This document shows, piece by piece, positions 18,780 to 28,445 of a stretch of 32,000 bases of DNA; position 1 is the first letter of the stretch, and the number at the start of each line of letters is the position of its first letter. The position numbers and the translations under genes are program-made. Under the pieces are notes generated by a model. It saw only the letters and a program-made list of their open reading frames with translations. It was not told the origin of the DNA and made no database searches. This DNA is from Hyperthermus butylicus DSM 5456 (GTDB lineage Archaea; Thermoproteota; Thermoprotei_A; Sulfolobales; Pyrodictiaceae). The stretch lies in assembly GCF_000015145.1 (NCBI RefSeq), contig NC_008818.1:1020001-1052000 (forward strand), in the 5' to 3' direction.

Positions 18780-20417
18780 TTGGCGTTTCGGCAGTGTGGT
18801 CTCGAGAGGCTGCTGCGCAGGCTTGACGGTAGGGGGTATAGGGCTTACCGGGAGCTCAAGGGCTGCATTACGCGTGTAGATGGGTTCGAGATACGGGTTG
18901 TGCGTGTGCAACCGGACCCCTATGCTCCGCCAAGCGTAGTCCACGTAATGGGTAGGCTTGAGGCGCCAGACTGGGCCCTGGAGCACCCCGTAGCGCTGGC
19001 GGACTATCTCTACCGCCGGCTCTACCGTGCCCTACGCTCAGCAGCTGAGAGGATGGGAGAGGGCCGTAGCGGGTTCCTGAGCGTGCCTAGGCCGTCGCCG
19101 GTTATGCTGAGGCGCAGCGGGCTAGAAGTTAGCAGTGACGGGCGCTTCATTGCCCGTATCTGGGTTGGACTGCCGTCGAGGCGCCGCCGGGTACTCGGCA
19201 ATGCCGCTATGGAGCTTCTCCTGGAGAAGATTCCAAGAGCGATTAGGCGTGTGGTGGAGGGGCTCGGGGGCCGAGATCTCGAGGAGCATATCCGGGTTTG
19301 GCGGTTGCAGGAGGAGCTGCGGTCGAGTCTTCCTCGCTACAGGCTCGTAGCATTTGTTGGCGACGGCAGCATATTGCCCAGGCGCTGCGGCACTTGCGAG
19401 GACCCTCTGCCCGGTGCTGTGCCCTTCGAGTCCCCTCCCAGCCTCCGAGTAGAGATAGAGACGAGTGTTGGCGCCGTTACGGGTATGGGTGTGCCCCGCG
19501 GCGTAACCGTTATCGCCGGCACAGCGTTCCACGGGAAGACAACACTACTAGAAGCGATACAGTACGGTATCTACAACCACGTGCCAGGCGATGGCAGGGA
19601 GAGGGTGGTCTCGCTACGCTCCACGGTTAAGGTTAGAGCTGAGGACGGTAGGTACGTGAGCTGCGTAGACATCTCAACCTTCATACACTCCCTCCCCGCG
19701 AGAATCGACACATCATGCTTTACAACCTGGGACGCGAGCGGCGCCACGAGCATGGCTGCAGCCGTCCAGGAGGCAGTGGAGGCTGGCGCTGAAGCGATAC
19801 TGATTGACGAGGATACGTCGGCTACGAATCTCCTATTCTACGATGAGCGCTCAGCATCACTCATAAGGAGGAAGACAGTGACGACAATAGCTGAGCAGGC
19901 AAAGTCAATGTCTGAGAAGGGAGTCTCCCTAGTCATAGTTTCGAGCGGCTCAGCACCACTACTAGCGGCAGCCGACACCGTGGTCGTCATGGAGGACTAC
20001 CGGCCCCGGGACGCAACCAGGGAGGCAAAACAGCTCGCCACGCAGCCCGGCGGGGCCGATTACAAGCCACCAAGCCCGCGGAGGCTCGTGGAGGCGCCGC
20101 GCCTCGAGAAGCCCAGGATACGGGAGACATGGCTCGTAGCCCGGAACCTGCCAAGCCCCCTCAACCTAGAGTCAAACGAGCAGCTGGTAGAGGAGGGTCA
20201 GCTCCGTCTACTGGCAGCCCTAGCTGCCAGGCTGCAAACTCTGAGAGGTATGACGTTGCGCGGGATAGCCGAGTGGCTGGACAAGACGCTGGAGGAGGAG
20301 GGGTTCGCTGGTCTCCTAGGCAGAGATATAGGCCCAGACTACGCCGAGGTAAGAGGACTAGACCTGGTCCACATGCTGAACCGGATACCAGGGGTAAGGA
20401 TGGGAAAAACAATGTAG
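18780..20417 (+). CDS. Predicted ATPase of the ABC class (PF09818-like)
   Basis: VIAGTAFHGKTTLLEAIQYGIYNHVPGDGRERVV...VKVRAEDGRYVSCVDISTFIHSLP...TTWDASGATSMAAAVQEAVEAGAEAILIDEDTSATNLL are hallmark motifs. Confidence 0.9.
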   Translation: MAFRQCGLERLLRRLDGRGYRAYRELKGCITRVDGFEIRVVRVQPDPYAPPSVVHVMGRLEAPDWALEHPVALADYLYRRLYRALRSAAERMGEGRSGFLSVPRPSPVMLRRSGLEVSSDGRFIARIWVGLPSRRRRVLGNAAMELLLEKIPRAIRRVVEGLGGRDLEEHIRVWRLQEELRSSLPRYRLVAFVGDGSILPRRCGTCEDPLPGAVPFESPPSLRVEIETSVGAVTGMGVPRGVTVIAGTAFHGKTTLLEAIQYGIYNHVPGDGRERVVSLRSTVKVRAEDGRYVSCVDISTFIHSLPARIDTSCFTTWDASGATSMAAAVQEAVEAGAEAILIDEDTSATNLLFYDERSASLIRRKTVTTIAEQAKSMSEKGVSLVIVSSGSAPLLAAADTVVVMEDYRPRDATREAKQLATQPGGADYKPPSPRRLVEAPRLEKPRIRETWLVARNLPSPLNLESNEQLVEEGQLRLLAALAARLQTLRGMTLRGIAEWLDKTLEEEGFAGLLGRDIGPDYAEVRGLDLVHMLNRIPGVRMGKTM

Positions 20418-20830
20418 AGGGCGAGCACGCAGGGGATGGGACCCCTTCCGGCCCCCTCAGCCCTATCGGGTGGTGGCTAGGAGCCCCGCAAATACGGCAA
20501 AACCGGCAGAGACCGCAGGACTGCAACAGATCGCCAGCCGGCCCCGAGTTGCCGGAACCGGCACGGATCAAGGTGCCCACGGCATCTCGCAGCCGGTTCA
20601 TGAGATGCTGGGGGAACCTAGCCGCCTCGCCCCACATAACCGCCCGCTGGAGGTGAAGGAGGGACAGCGGTCCCCCACTTGTTTATTCGGAGCTTGTTCC
20701 CGGTCCATCCTTATTACTATGTAGAAGTTCGTCCTCGGCTAGGACGCGCTTGGATGTCTGCACAGCCATAATGGCTAAAAGAGGTTTGCTGTGGCGACTG
20801 GAAGGAGTTCGTCGTTCTTCCTGGTAGAGT

Positions 20831-22063
20831 TTACTGATGGGATTCCGGGGGTCCCACCCGGGTAGCAGAGGGTTGAGAACCTATACTTATGCTTGTCGGT
20901 GGTTGAACTGTGGGCTCTCCTTCCCGGAGTGTTTCTTTGGGCTGTTCGGGCTCTAGTGGCGGGTAGGGTGTGAAGGCATAGCCAATCACTACCTTGTTAT
21001 CGCCGGCTGGTTCTACTGAAGCAAGTCCATGGAGGGCGAGTAGCTGTAGTGCGTTGAAAACATTGTCCAGCGGGTGCTCCGAGCCACCAAATACTAGCTT
21101 TCCGTCACGGGCCTCTGCTTCAAGCACTAGGTAGCGGTAACCCTGCGGCATGCATGGCGGGTCGATGCTGCATGTGCCGGGCGTCTCCATGCATTGTTGT
21201 ATCCTAGCACCCATCGATAACGCCTCCAGAACCCTGTAACCGTTACGGCCGAGTATTCTGTAGGCCCTCTCTACCGCTTCAGCAGCGGGGTCGGGTACGG
21301 CGTAGAATGCCTGGATTTCGCGTAGCTGCATTAGCCTCCACACAGCATGGTAGAGGCATGTGTAGGTCTCCAGGGGCGACCCCTTGCGCACCCGGTAGAA
21401 GCCATCCCCTACAAGCTCTAGGCCTAGCTCCACAAGCTCCCCGAGGACACCGTAGGATTCGAGATATTCCCCCAATGCAGCCCGGGAGCCTGCCAACAAC
21501 ATGGCCTCGCGGGAGTAGGGCGGCACAAGCCCAGCCAGGGCCTTGAGAGCTTCACCCAGAAGCTTGAGCCCCCACAAGGGGTCGTCGGTATCGACCTCGC
21601 CGGGCTCCCCAAGCGCAATGCCAAGCTGTCCAGCAAGCCTGGAGAGGAGTCCACGGATAGCCCCAAGCAGCACCAGGGGCCTGGTACTGCTAGCCCTTAC
21701 CCTCACACCACGACCAGCAAGAGACAAGGGCACCCCGTCGGAGAGCCGTGCAGCCACTCTACGCGGCATAGATAGACCAAGCCCGAGCACATCGCGGTAG
21801 AACCTGGCAAGACTACCCCCAGGGTATGCATCGCCACGATAACTAGGCCGCAGCCCAGCCAGAAGCATGACCGTGACAGACTCGTCACTCAAAACCTCGC
21901 CGAGCTCGCGTCCTTCAAGACGTGAGGCGAGAAGCTCCCGGGTCTCAAGAAGCACGGCAATAGGCCGATAAGCCTCAACAACACCTCTCACAAGGAACTC
22001 GCGAAGCACAACCTGGCACCCCCGGGCATCAGCCACACTAGGGCTCCCCACAGCCCCCTGCAC
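20831..22063 (-). CDS. Hypothetical protein, Leu/Gly/Arg-rich
   Basis: 410 aa uninterrupted ORF in otherwise unclaimed space; no family recognised. Confidence 0.65.
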   Translation of the reverse strand: MQGAVGSPSVADARGCQVVLREFLVRGVVEAYRPIAVLLETRELLASRLEGRELGEVLSDESVTVMLLAGLRPSYRGDAYPGGSLARFYRDVLGLGLSMPRRVAARLSDGVPLSLAGRGVRVRASSTRPLVLLGAIRGLLSRLAGQLGIALGEPGEVDTDDPLWGLKLLGEALKALAGLVPPYSREAMLLAGSRAALGEYLESYGVLGELVELGLELVGDGFYRVRKGSPLETYTCLYHAVWRLMQLREIQAFYAVPDPAAEAVERAYRILGRNGYRVLEALSMGARIQQCMETPGTCSIDPPCMPQGYRYLVLEAEARDGKLVFGGSEHPLDNVFNALQLLALHGLASVEPAGDNKVVIGYAFTPYPPLEPEQPKETLREGEPTVQPPTSISIGSQPSATRVGPPESHQ

Positions 22064-22417
22064 GGCTCGGCATTGCTACCCCTCATCACCGCGACAGTGG
22101 GGCCTCGGAGGCGGCAGGCCCGCTCACGGCCCCGCCCTGGGTGGCGGGGCTTAGGCACACTACCCCGACGATGTAGGCCACGTTGATCCCAGCACCTCAC
22201 CGGCCCAGTCAGATAACAGACAAGCCAAGCCCTATATACCCGCAACACCAAGAGCTATCAACTATACTGAAATAAGACTCTACGAACACAGAACTAGGTG
22301 CTCTACATGCACTAAAATAGCAGAGATGGATGGGAACAACTTCGTTTAGGACAACAACTATAGAGTGGCTTGGGTGCTCAAGCCACGCCCGTTACCACAG
22401 CTACTCCGCGTTCTCTC

Positions 22418-22888
<471 letters not shown>

Positions 22889-22989
22889 GCACTGCACATT
22901 TTACTTGGCATTCGCATCGCCGGGAACAACGGCTTTTTCAGGCCTCTAAGCTGTTGGCTTTACATACTCTCGCCACGGCTAGTGGGCTG

Positions 22990-23811
22990 CTATTTGTCCT
23001 TGCTGCAAAGGACTTCAAAGTCTTGGCGTGCTTGGCGCGCGAGCTGCTCTATACCGTGCAACGTGTAGGTTTCCAGTTCGCGGCACAGCAGCCAGCACAT
23101 ACTAGGGTTGTCTGGGGCTACACCAGCCTCTACAATTATGACTGTGCTGTTGGAGAGGGGGTTCTTTGGCTGCCTAGTCCTAATAACCTCCCTCGTGTTT
23201 ATGTGAGCATAAGCTGTAGCTGTGTATGCTGTTAGCCCAGAGCCTATGAGGGCTATCGTTGGCTGGGCTCGTAGCGGGTCGGTAGCCCTCGCGTAGCCCC
23301 TTACCTTACACCATCCAGTAATTGCTCTTGCAGCTCTCGCTGCTGCGTCAGGGTTGTAGGCTTGCACTAGGGATTCAAGATATCCGTCCCCATGTATTAT
23401 CGTGGCGGCGTCTGCTACGCCGAGCCCGTATGCCTGGAGGCTCCACACCTGAAGCCATGTTAGCCAGGGCGCATCACCGGGGAGTATGACTGCTCTCGCA
23501 CCAGCTTCTGCCGCGTGGCGTAGCGCGGTGTAGATGGCTACTGCTGGCCCCTCGCAGCCAGGTAGTGGGGGCTCGTCGTAGAGGCAGCTCGTCAGTTTCG
23601 CCAGGCTCATATACGTCCTGCAGCGTTCAACGCTCCTCGTCACCGCGTAGACCGCCGCTGCACCAGCCCGCCATGCCGCATCCGCCAAGCGTGCTATGGA
23701 GGCTACGCTGTCCACGAGCGCTGCAAGCTTATCCCCGCCGAAGCGGCGTCCCTCACCACCAGCGAGTATGTAGGCGTTGAAAAGAACCACGCTTGTTCCC
23801 CTAACTAGCAT
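22990..23811 (-). CDS. mobA: MobA-like molybdopterin guanylyltransferase / NTP-transferase domain protein
   Basis: AYILAGGEGRRFGGDKLAA signature plus 'VILPGDAPWLTW'. Confidence 0.75.
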   Translation of the reverse strand: MLVRGTSVVLFNAYILAGGEGRRFGGDKLAALVDSVASIARLADAAWRAGAAAVYAVTRSVERCRTYMSLAKLTSCLYDEPPLPGCEGPAVAIYTALRHAAEAGARAVILPGDAPWLTWLQVWSLQAYGLGVADAATIIHGDGYLESLVQAYNPDAAARAARAITGWCKVRGYARATDPLRAQPTIALIGSGLTAYTATAYAHINTREVIRTRQPKNPLSNSTVIIVEAGVAPDNPSMCWLLCRELETYTLHGIEQLARQARQDFEVLCSKDK

Positions 23812-24878
23812 ATCCTTGGCACTAGCTCGCCGCTCGGCGGCTCGACAATCCTAAACCCGCCAGCCATAGTCTTCGCTATCACTAGGCCCCGGTGGCGCTC
23901 CTGCCTTGGCACCCTGACCTCGCCTATGATTGTTGCCTCCTCGTACCCGAGACTCCTCATAAATTCGACAACCTCTTCTGCCATTAATGGGTCCACAGCT
24001 AGCACGGCAGCACCCTCACTCGCCAAAGCCAACGGATCGACGCCAAGCAGCTCTGCGTAAGCTCTAACCTGTTCCCTGACAGGTATCTTGGCCTCATCGA
24101 TTGCTATTACCAGACCGTTCTTCTTAGCCCAGTCGTTGAGTAGCATCGCGAGACCACCCCGTGTGGGGTCGCCAGCAGCGTGTATGTAGTCGGCATACCG
24201 TTCTATGAGTGGTATCATTAGGTCTGTGAGGGGTTTAACATCGCTCTCAACCTCTAGCTTAAGCCCGATACCCTCACGGACCGAGAGTATTGCAGCACCA
24301 TGGTCGCCAAGGTAGCCAGATACCACTATCTTATCGCCATCCCGTATCCTGGTATCCACTATGGGCTTCTCCGCCACCCCGACACCGGCCATTGTTATTA
24401 TGACTCCGTCCAGGTCACCCTTTGGAACCACCTTGAAATCGCCACCTATTAGTGCAACCTTGTTAGCTGCAAGCGTTGAGGCTAGGCTCTCAAGTATCCT
24501 CGCCAGATCCTCTACCGGGAACCCCTCCTCAACGACAACAGCGTCAACCGCAGCGAGGGGCTTTGCCCCAGCCATGAGTAGGTCGTTGATAACACCGCTA
24601 GCAGCAAGTTTGCCCAGGTCGCCGCCAGGGAAGAATAGCGGTTTGACAGTGTAGGAGTCAACTGTGAATGCCAAGTATCGACCGTCGGGCAACGGTATCA
24701 ACGCCGAGTCATCCAGGACATCGAGGCCCCAGCCACCCTCAACCCTCCACAGCTCCTCGGGCACCATCGGCCTGATAAGCTTCTCAACGATCTCTCCAGT
24801 CTCCCGTCCACCACTACCATGGGCCAGTGTTATGAATTTCCAGAGAACACGCCAGCTCTTACCCCTAGCCAAGTACAT
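23805..24878 (-). CDS. hypE: HypE / AIR-synthase-related protein (hydrogenase maturation carbamoyl dehydratase family)
   Basis: LAHGSGGRETGEIVEKLI..., DDSALIPLPDGRYLAFTVDSYTVKPLFFPGGDLGKLAASGVINDLLMAGAKP, AAGDPTRGGLAMLLN, and C-terminal PRIC with the terminal Cys. Confidence 0.93.
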   Translation of the reverse strand: MYLARGKSWRVLWKFITLAHGSGGRETGEIVEKLIRPMVPEELWRVEGGWGLDVLDDSALIPLPDGRYLAFTVDSYTVKPLFFPGGDLGKLAASGVINDLLMAGAKPLAAVDAVVVEEGFPVEDLARILESLASTLAANKVALIGGDFKVVPKGDLDGVIITMAGVGVAEKPIVDTRIRDGDKIVVSGYLGDHGAAILSVREGIGLKLEVESDVKPLTDLMIPLIERYADYIHAAGDPTRGGLAMLLNDWAKKNGLVIAIDEAKIPVREQVRAYAELLGVDPLALASEGAAVLAVDPLMAEEVVEFMRSLGYEEATIIGEVRVPRQERHRGLVIAKTMAGGFRIVEPPSGELVPRIC

Positions 24879-25049
24879 TCACCATAATAGATCTCCAGAC
24901 AGCGGGGGCGGAAAACTTTTACCACGGCTAGAAAAATTAGAAGCATAGCAGTATATGCGATGATGCTGTGTCTGTTGAACGTTCAGCTAGGCTCTAAGCC
25001 CTTCAGCGACATCTAGCCCCTTATCTGGGCTGAAAACCTTCCGGGGTGT

Positions 25050-26066
25050 GTGCAGGTTTTGAAGCTGATCGACTCGTATGCCGTGCTTGAGAAGATTCGA
25101 GACTTGATATACAGCCTTCTAGAGGCCCGTGATAGGGCTATGGAGAATGGGTTGGAAGTTATACCTGTTCGCACTGCTACACCACTAGTACGCTATGGCT
25201 TTATCTCCATGCTTAAAGGGGGCGTAGTAATGGATGTAACCAATGAACAGCAAGCCGAGATAGCCGAAGATGCTGGTGCGGTTGGAGTCATGGTTCTAGA
25301 CAAGCTTCCATATGATGTGAGGAAGGCGGGAGGCGTGGCTAGGACGGCTGACCTCAACGTTATACGAGCCGTTATGGAGACTATTACGATACCTGTTTCC
25401 GCCAAGTGTAGGATAGGCCACTACTGGGAGGCAAAGCTGCTTGAGGAGATAGGTGTCGACCTTATAGATGAGAGTGAAGTCCTCACACCTACTGATGAGA
25501 AGGCCCATATATGGAAGTGGGAATTCCGTGTCCCATTTGTCAACGGTGCAAGGTCTCTTCCGGAGGCTCTGAGAAGGATATGGGAAGGTGCCTCCATGAT
25601 AAGGACTAAGGGTGAAGCTGGAACCGGTAATGTGGCCGAGGCAGTTAGGCACATGAAAGCTGTAAATCGCGACATAGCAGTGCTTAGAGGCTACTATAAA
25701 GCTGGGGATATCGAAGCCATAAGGCTCTACGCGAAGAGTAATAACGTTCCATTTGAGCTAGCCTTGCTAACAGCTAGGCTTGGCAGGCTTCCAGTGGTAA
25801 ACTTTGCTGCCGGAGGGATAGCCACCCCTGCCGATGCTGCTCTAATGATGTGGCTTGGTGCAGACGGCGTCTTCGTGGGCTCAGGGATATTCAAGAGCCG
25901 TGATCCTGAACAGAGGGCACAAGCGATAGTCCTAGCGACGACATACTGGGACGACCCCGAGACTGTTGCGGAAGCCCAGTCGATGGTTTCAGAGAGGAAC
26001 GCGATGCCGGGTATAGACATTACTAGGCTCAAGCCCGAAGAGCTGTTGCAGATTAGAGGTGAGTAG
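25050..26066 (+). CDS. pdxS: Pyridoxal 5'-phosphate synthase subunit PdxS
   Basis: [58 protein letters not shown] and [18 protein letters not shown]; catalytic Asp and both catalytic Lys present. Confidence 0.98.
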   Translation: MQVLKLIDSYAVLEKIRDLIYSLLEARDRAMENGLEVIPVRTATPLVRYGFISMLKGGVVMDVTNEQQAEIAEDAGAVGVMVLDKLPYDVRKAGGVARTADLNVIRAVMETITIPVSAKCRIGHYWEAKLLEEIGVDLIDESEVLTPTDEKAHIWKWEFRVPFVNGARSLPEALRRIWEGASMIRTKGEAGTGNVAEAVRHMKAVNRDIAVLRGYYKAGDIEAIRLYAKSNNVPFELALLTARLGRLPVVNFAAGGIATPADAALMMWLGADGVFVGSGIFKSRDPEQRAQAIVLATTYWDDPETVAEAQSMVSERNAMPGIDITRLKPEELLQIRGE

Positions 26067-26068
26067 CC

Positions 26069-26677
26069 ATGGTTGTAGTAGGTGTTCTCGCGCTGCAGGG
26101 GGACTGGATTGAGCATATAGAGCTTCTAAGAGAAATTGAAGGCGTTGAAGCCGTACCTGTTAAGACGGAGAAGCAGCTTGAAAGCATAGATGCGCTGATT
26201 ATACCTGGCGGAGAGTCAACAACCATAGGAAGGCTCATAGAGCGTAGGGGACTCCTAGAGCCTCTACGGGACAGGATTAGGGCAGGCCTACCCGTACTTG
26301 GAACTTGTGCTGGAAGCATACTGCTAGCTAAAAAGGTTCGTGATAGGGTTGTAGGCCCCGTCGAGCAGCCCCTACTAGCTGTTATGGATATAGCTGTTCT
26401 ACGTAACGCGTTTGGCAGACAGATGAACTCCTTCGAGGCAGAAGTGCACATTGAAGGTGTAGGTACTGTTCACGCAGCCTTCATAAGAGCACCAATAATT
26501 GAGGAGACATGGGGAGAGGCTAGACCCATAGCAAAGCTGAACCATCCCCTGCTGGGGGAAGTTACAGTAGCCGCTAGGCAAAAGGCAATAATCGCTACTG
26601 TATTCCACCCAGAGATAACAGGCGACAGTAAGCTCCACAAGCTTCTAGTAGCTGCAGCCAAGGGGAGGGCCTTCTAG
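26069..26677 (+). CDS. pdxT: Glutaminase subunit PdxT
   Basis: VVGVLALQGDWIEHIELL, GGESTTIGRLIE, LPVLGTCAGSILLAK (nucleophile Cys), VFHPEITGD. Confidence 0.98.
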   Translation: MVVVGVLALQGDWIEHIELLREIEGVEAVPVKTEKQLESIDALIIPGGESTTIGRLIERRGLLEPLRDRIRAGLPVLGTCAGSILLAKKVRDRVVGPVEQPLLAVMDIAVLRNAFGRQMNSFEAEVHIEGVGTVHAAFIRAPIIEETWGEARPIAKLNHPLLGEVTVAARQKAIIATVFHPEITGDSKLHKLLVAAAKGRAF

Positions 26678-26680
26678 ACC

Positions 26681-27841
26681 TTGACATTTAGGTTGGAGGG
26701 TATCGCAAGCAAGTGTCTACGGTGCGGCTACGAGCTTCACAATGTTGTTTTGCCCCGCTGCCCACGCTGCGGATACAACATGATAGTGGCTCTCAAGGAG
26801 TTCGAATGGAGAGTAGATCACGACACACCTAGTATGTGGCGTTACCGGCACATGCTTCCACCAGTAGAACGTGTTGTAAGCTTTAGTGAAGGCTATACCC
26901 CACTTAGGAGAGTTAAAGATAGAGTCCTCCTTAAGTTGGAGAATAGGAATCCTACAGGAAGCTATGCTGATAGAGCTTCGTCTCTTGTAGCTAGCTTCAT
27001 AGCTAGTACCCGTAATCATCCTAGCATGGTGACGATACCCTACACGGAAGACTACACTGTATCACTTTCACTCTACCTGCGTGGCATTACTGGGGTGCGT
27101 GTGGTAGCTGATCCGAGAACTGTTAATCCAAGTGACGTAATAATCCTTGACAGGCTTGGTGTCGACATAGTATTTAGCAGCGATGCAACAAACTTGAACA
27201 ACACTAGCCTACTGGACTATCTGAGCCCGCTGACGATAGAGGGACTAAAAACAATAGCGTACGAGATTGTGGAAGCTAGACCCAATTCGTCAAGAGTAAT
27301 AGTTCCTTCCGAGACGGGTCTTCTAGCATTAGCTATAGCTAAAGGCTTCTATGAGGCTAACATGGCAGGTATCGATGCAAGCTACGAGGTTGTTGCAGCT
27401 GCTGTGGAGGGTTCTGGCGAGCCCGAGCTAGCTAGATATGCGCCCATCAAGGTTAAGGTTGAGTATGTATCTTCCGAAGAGGTCGTAAAGGCGCTTGTAG
27501 AGCTCTCGCGGCGGGGACTACGAGTAAAACCCCTCTCGGCTGCAGCTTATGCTGCTGCACTCAATCTGGGTGAGGGCGTAGCTGTTATAACAAGCTCTCT
27601 AAACCCTCGACACCTGGGAATTGCTAGGAGGCCTGGCTCCCAGCTCAACAACGAGATTCGGAGAGCCCTCCAGCTACACGGCGAGGTAACAGCATATCAG
27701 CTATGGCTTGCCCTCGGGCGAACCTATAGTCTACGGGGAATATACAAAGCCCTTGAAACACTGGAAGCTGAAGGCATAGTTTGTAGCAGGTATGTAATGA
27801 AGGGTAGACGCAGAATAAAGCTGTACAAGCTGTGCACATAG
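26681..27841 (+). CDS. Threonine-synthase-like (PLP fold-type II) protein with N-terminal zinc ribbon and C-terminal winged-helix-like domain; predicted non-catalytic
   Basis: CLRCG...CPRCG ribbon; KLENRNPTGSYADRASS aligns to KxExxNPTGSFKDRxxx with K to A at codon 96 (GCT, 26966-26968). C-terminus RRALQLHGEVTAYQLWLALGRTYSLRGIYKALETLEAEGIVCSRYVMKGRRRIKLYKLC looks like a wHTH. Confidence 0.8.
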   Translation: MTFRLEGIASKCLRCGYELHNVVLPRCPRCGYNMIVALKEFEWRVDHDTPSMWRYRHMLPPVERVVSFSEGYTPLRRVKDRVLLKLENRNPTGSYADRASSLVASFIASTRNHPSMVTIPYTEDYTVSLSLYLRGITGVRVVADPRTVNPSDVIILDRLGVDIVFSSDATNLNNTSLLDYLSPLTIEGLKTIAYEIVEARPNSSRVIVPSETGLLALAIAKGFYEANMAGIDASYEVVAAAVEGSGEPELARYAPIKVKVEYVSSEEVVKALVELSRRGLRVKPLSAAAYAAALNLGEGVAVITSSLNPRHLGIARRPGSQLNNEIRRALQLHGEVTAYQLWLALGRTYSLRGIYKALETLEAEGIVCSRYVMKGRRRIKLYKLCT

Positions 27842-28445
27842 CGTCTACCTGAGTAGGATACGCTTAGCCATGAATTCGGAGGATCGCTAGCACTATAGCA
27901 TCCATTGAACGCCAACAATGCACGAGGGAATAATGCGAAAGAATGCACAGCTGTGGTGAACTCCAGGCCTTTCTAGGACAAGCTGTGACCGGGTAAGACT
28001 AGTGTGGGCTCTGACATGGAGGCCGTGGTAGTCAATGTGTTTCTTAGCCTGTGGACTAGGTGTTTGTTACGTTGAAGCCCTAAATATCGGCGGGATAGGA
28101 GGAAGTAGGGGGATCGATTACAATACTACTATGACTATAGTGGTTGGAGGCATGGAGCTGTGAGGAGTGAGCCCCGCATACAGTTGATGAGCCCTCCCTC
28201 TGGGCTATGATGGCCGCTAGGGGTGGGCCGAGCCCCAAGCAACTATGAGAAGTCCACGCATCTCTCGGGCAGGGGGTGCCTGATCCGTTGTACTATCTTC
28301 TACTTCCTCGCTGTGTATTCTTCAAAAATTGCTGGTGGGGTTTGCCTAGCTCTTCGTGAGGATGTACGGTATGTGGCCGGGGTATAGTCCACTTTCTTAA
28401 CCCTGGAGCTACCCGTGTAGTGTCTCCGGGGCGGGTGGCTGGGTC

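Noticed and set aside
20129-20656. 175 aa plus and 158 aa minus ORFs at the 3' end of the ABC-class ATPase gene
   Set aside because: Both overlap the strong ATPase CDS and extend into GC-rich intergenic DNA; no protein-like features.
24952-25040. Possible C/D box sRNA (ATGATGC ... CTGA)
   Set aside because: Box C is imperfect, there are no correctly spaced internal D'/C' boxes and no flanking stem; kept only as a leader/operator observation.
28180-28260. Possible C/D box-like element (TTGATGA ... CTATGATG)
   Set aside because: No CTGA box D at proper spacing.
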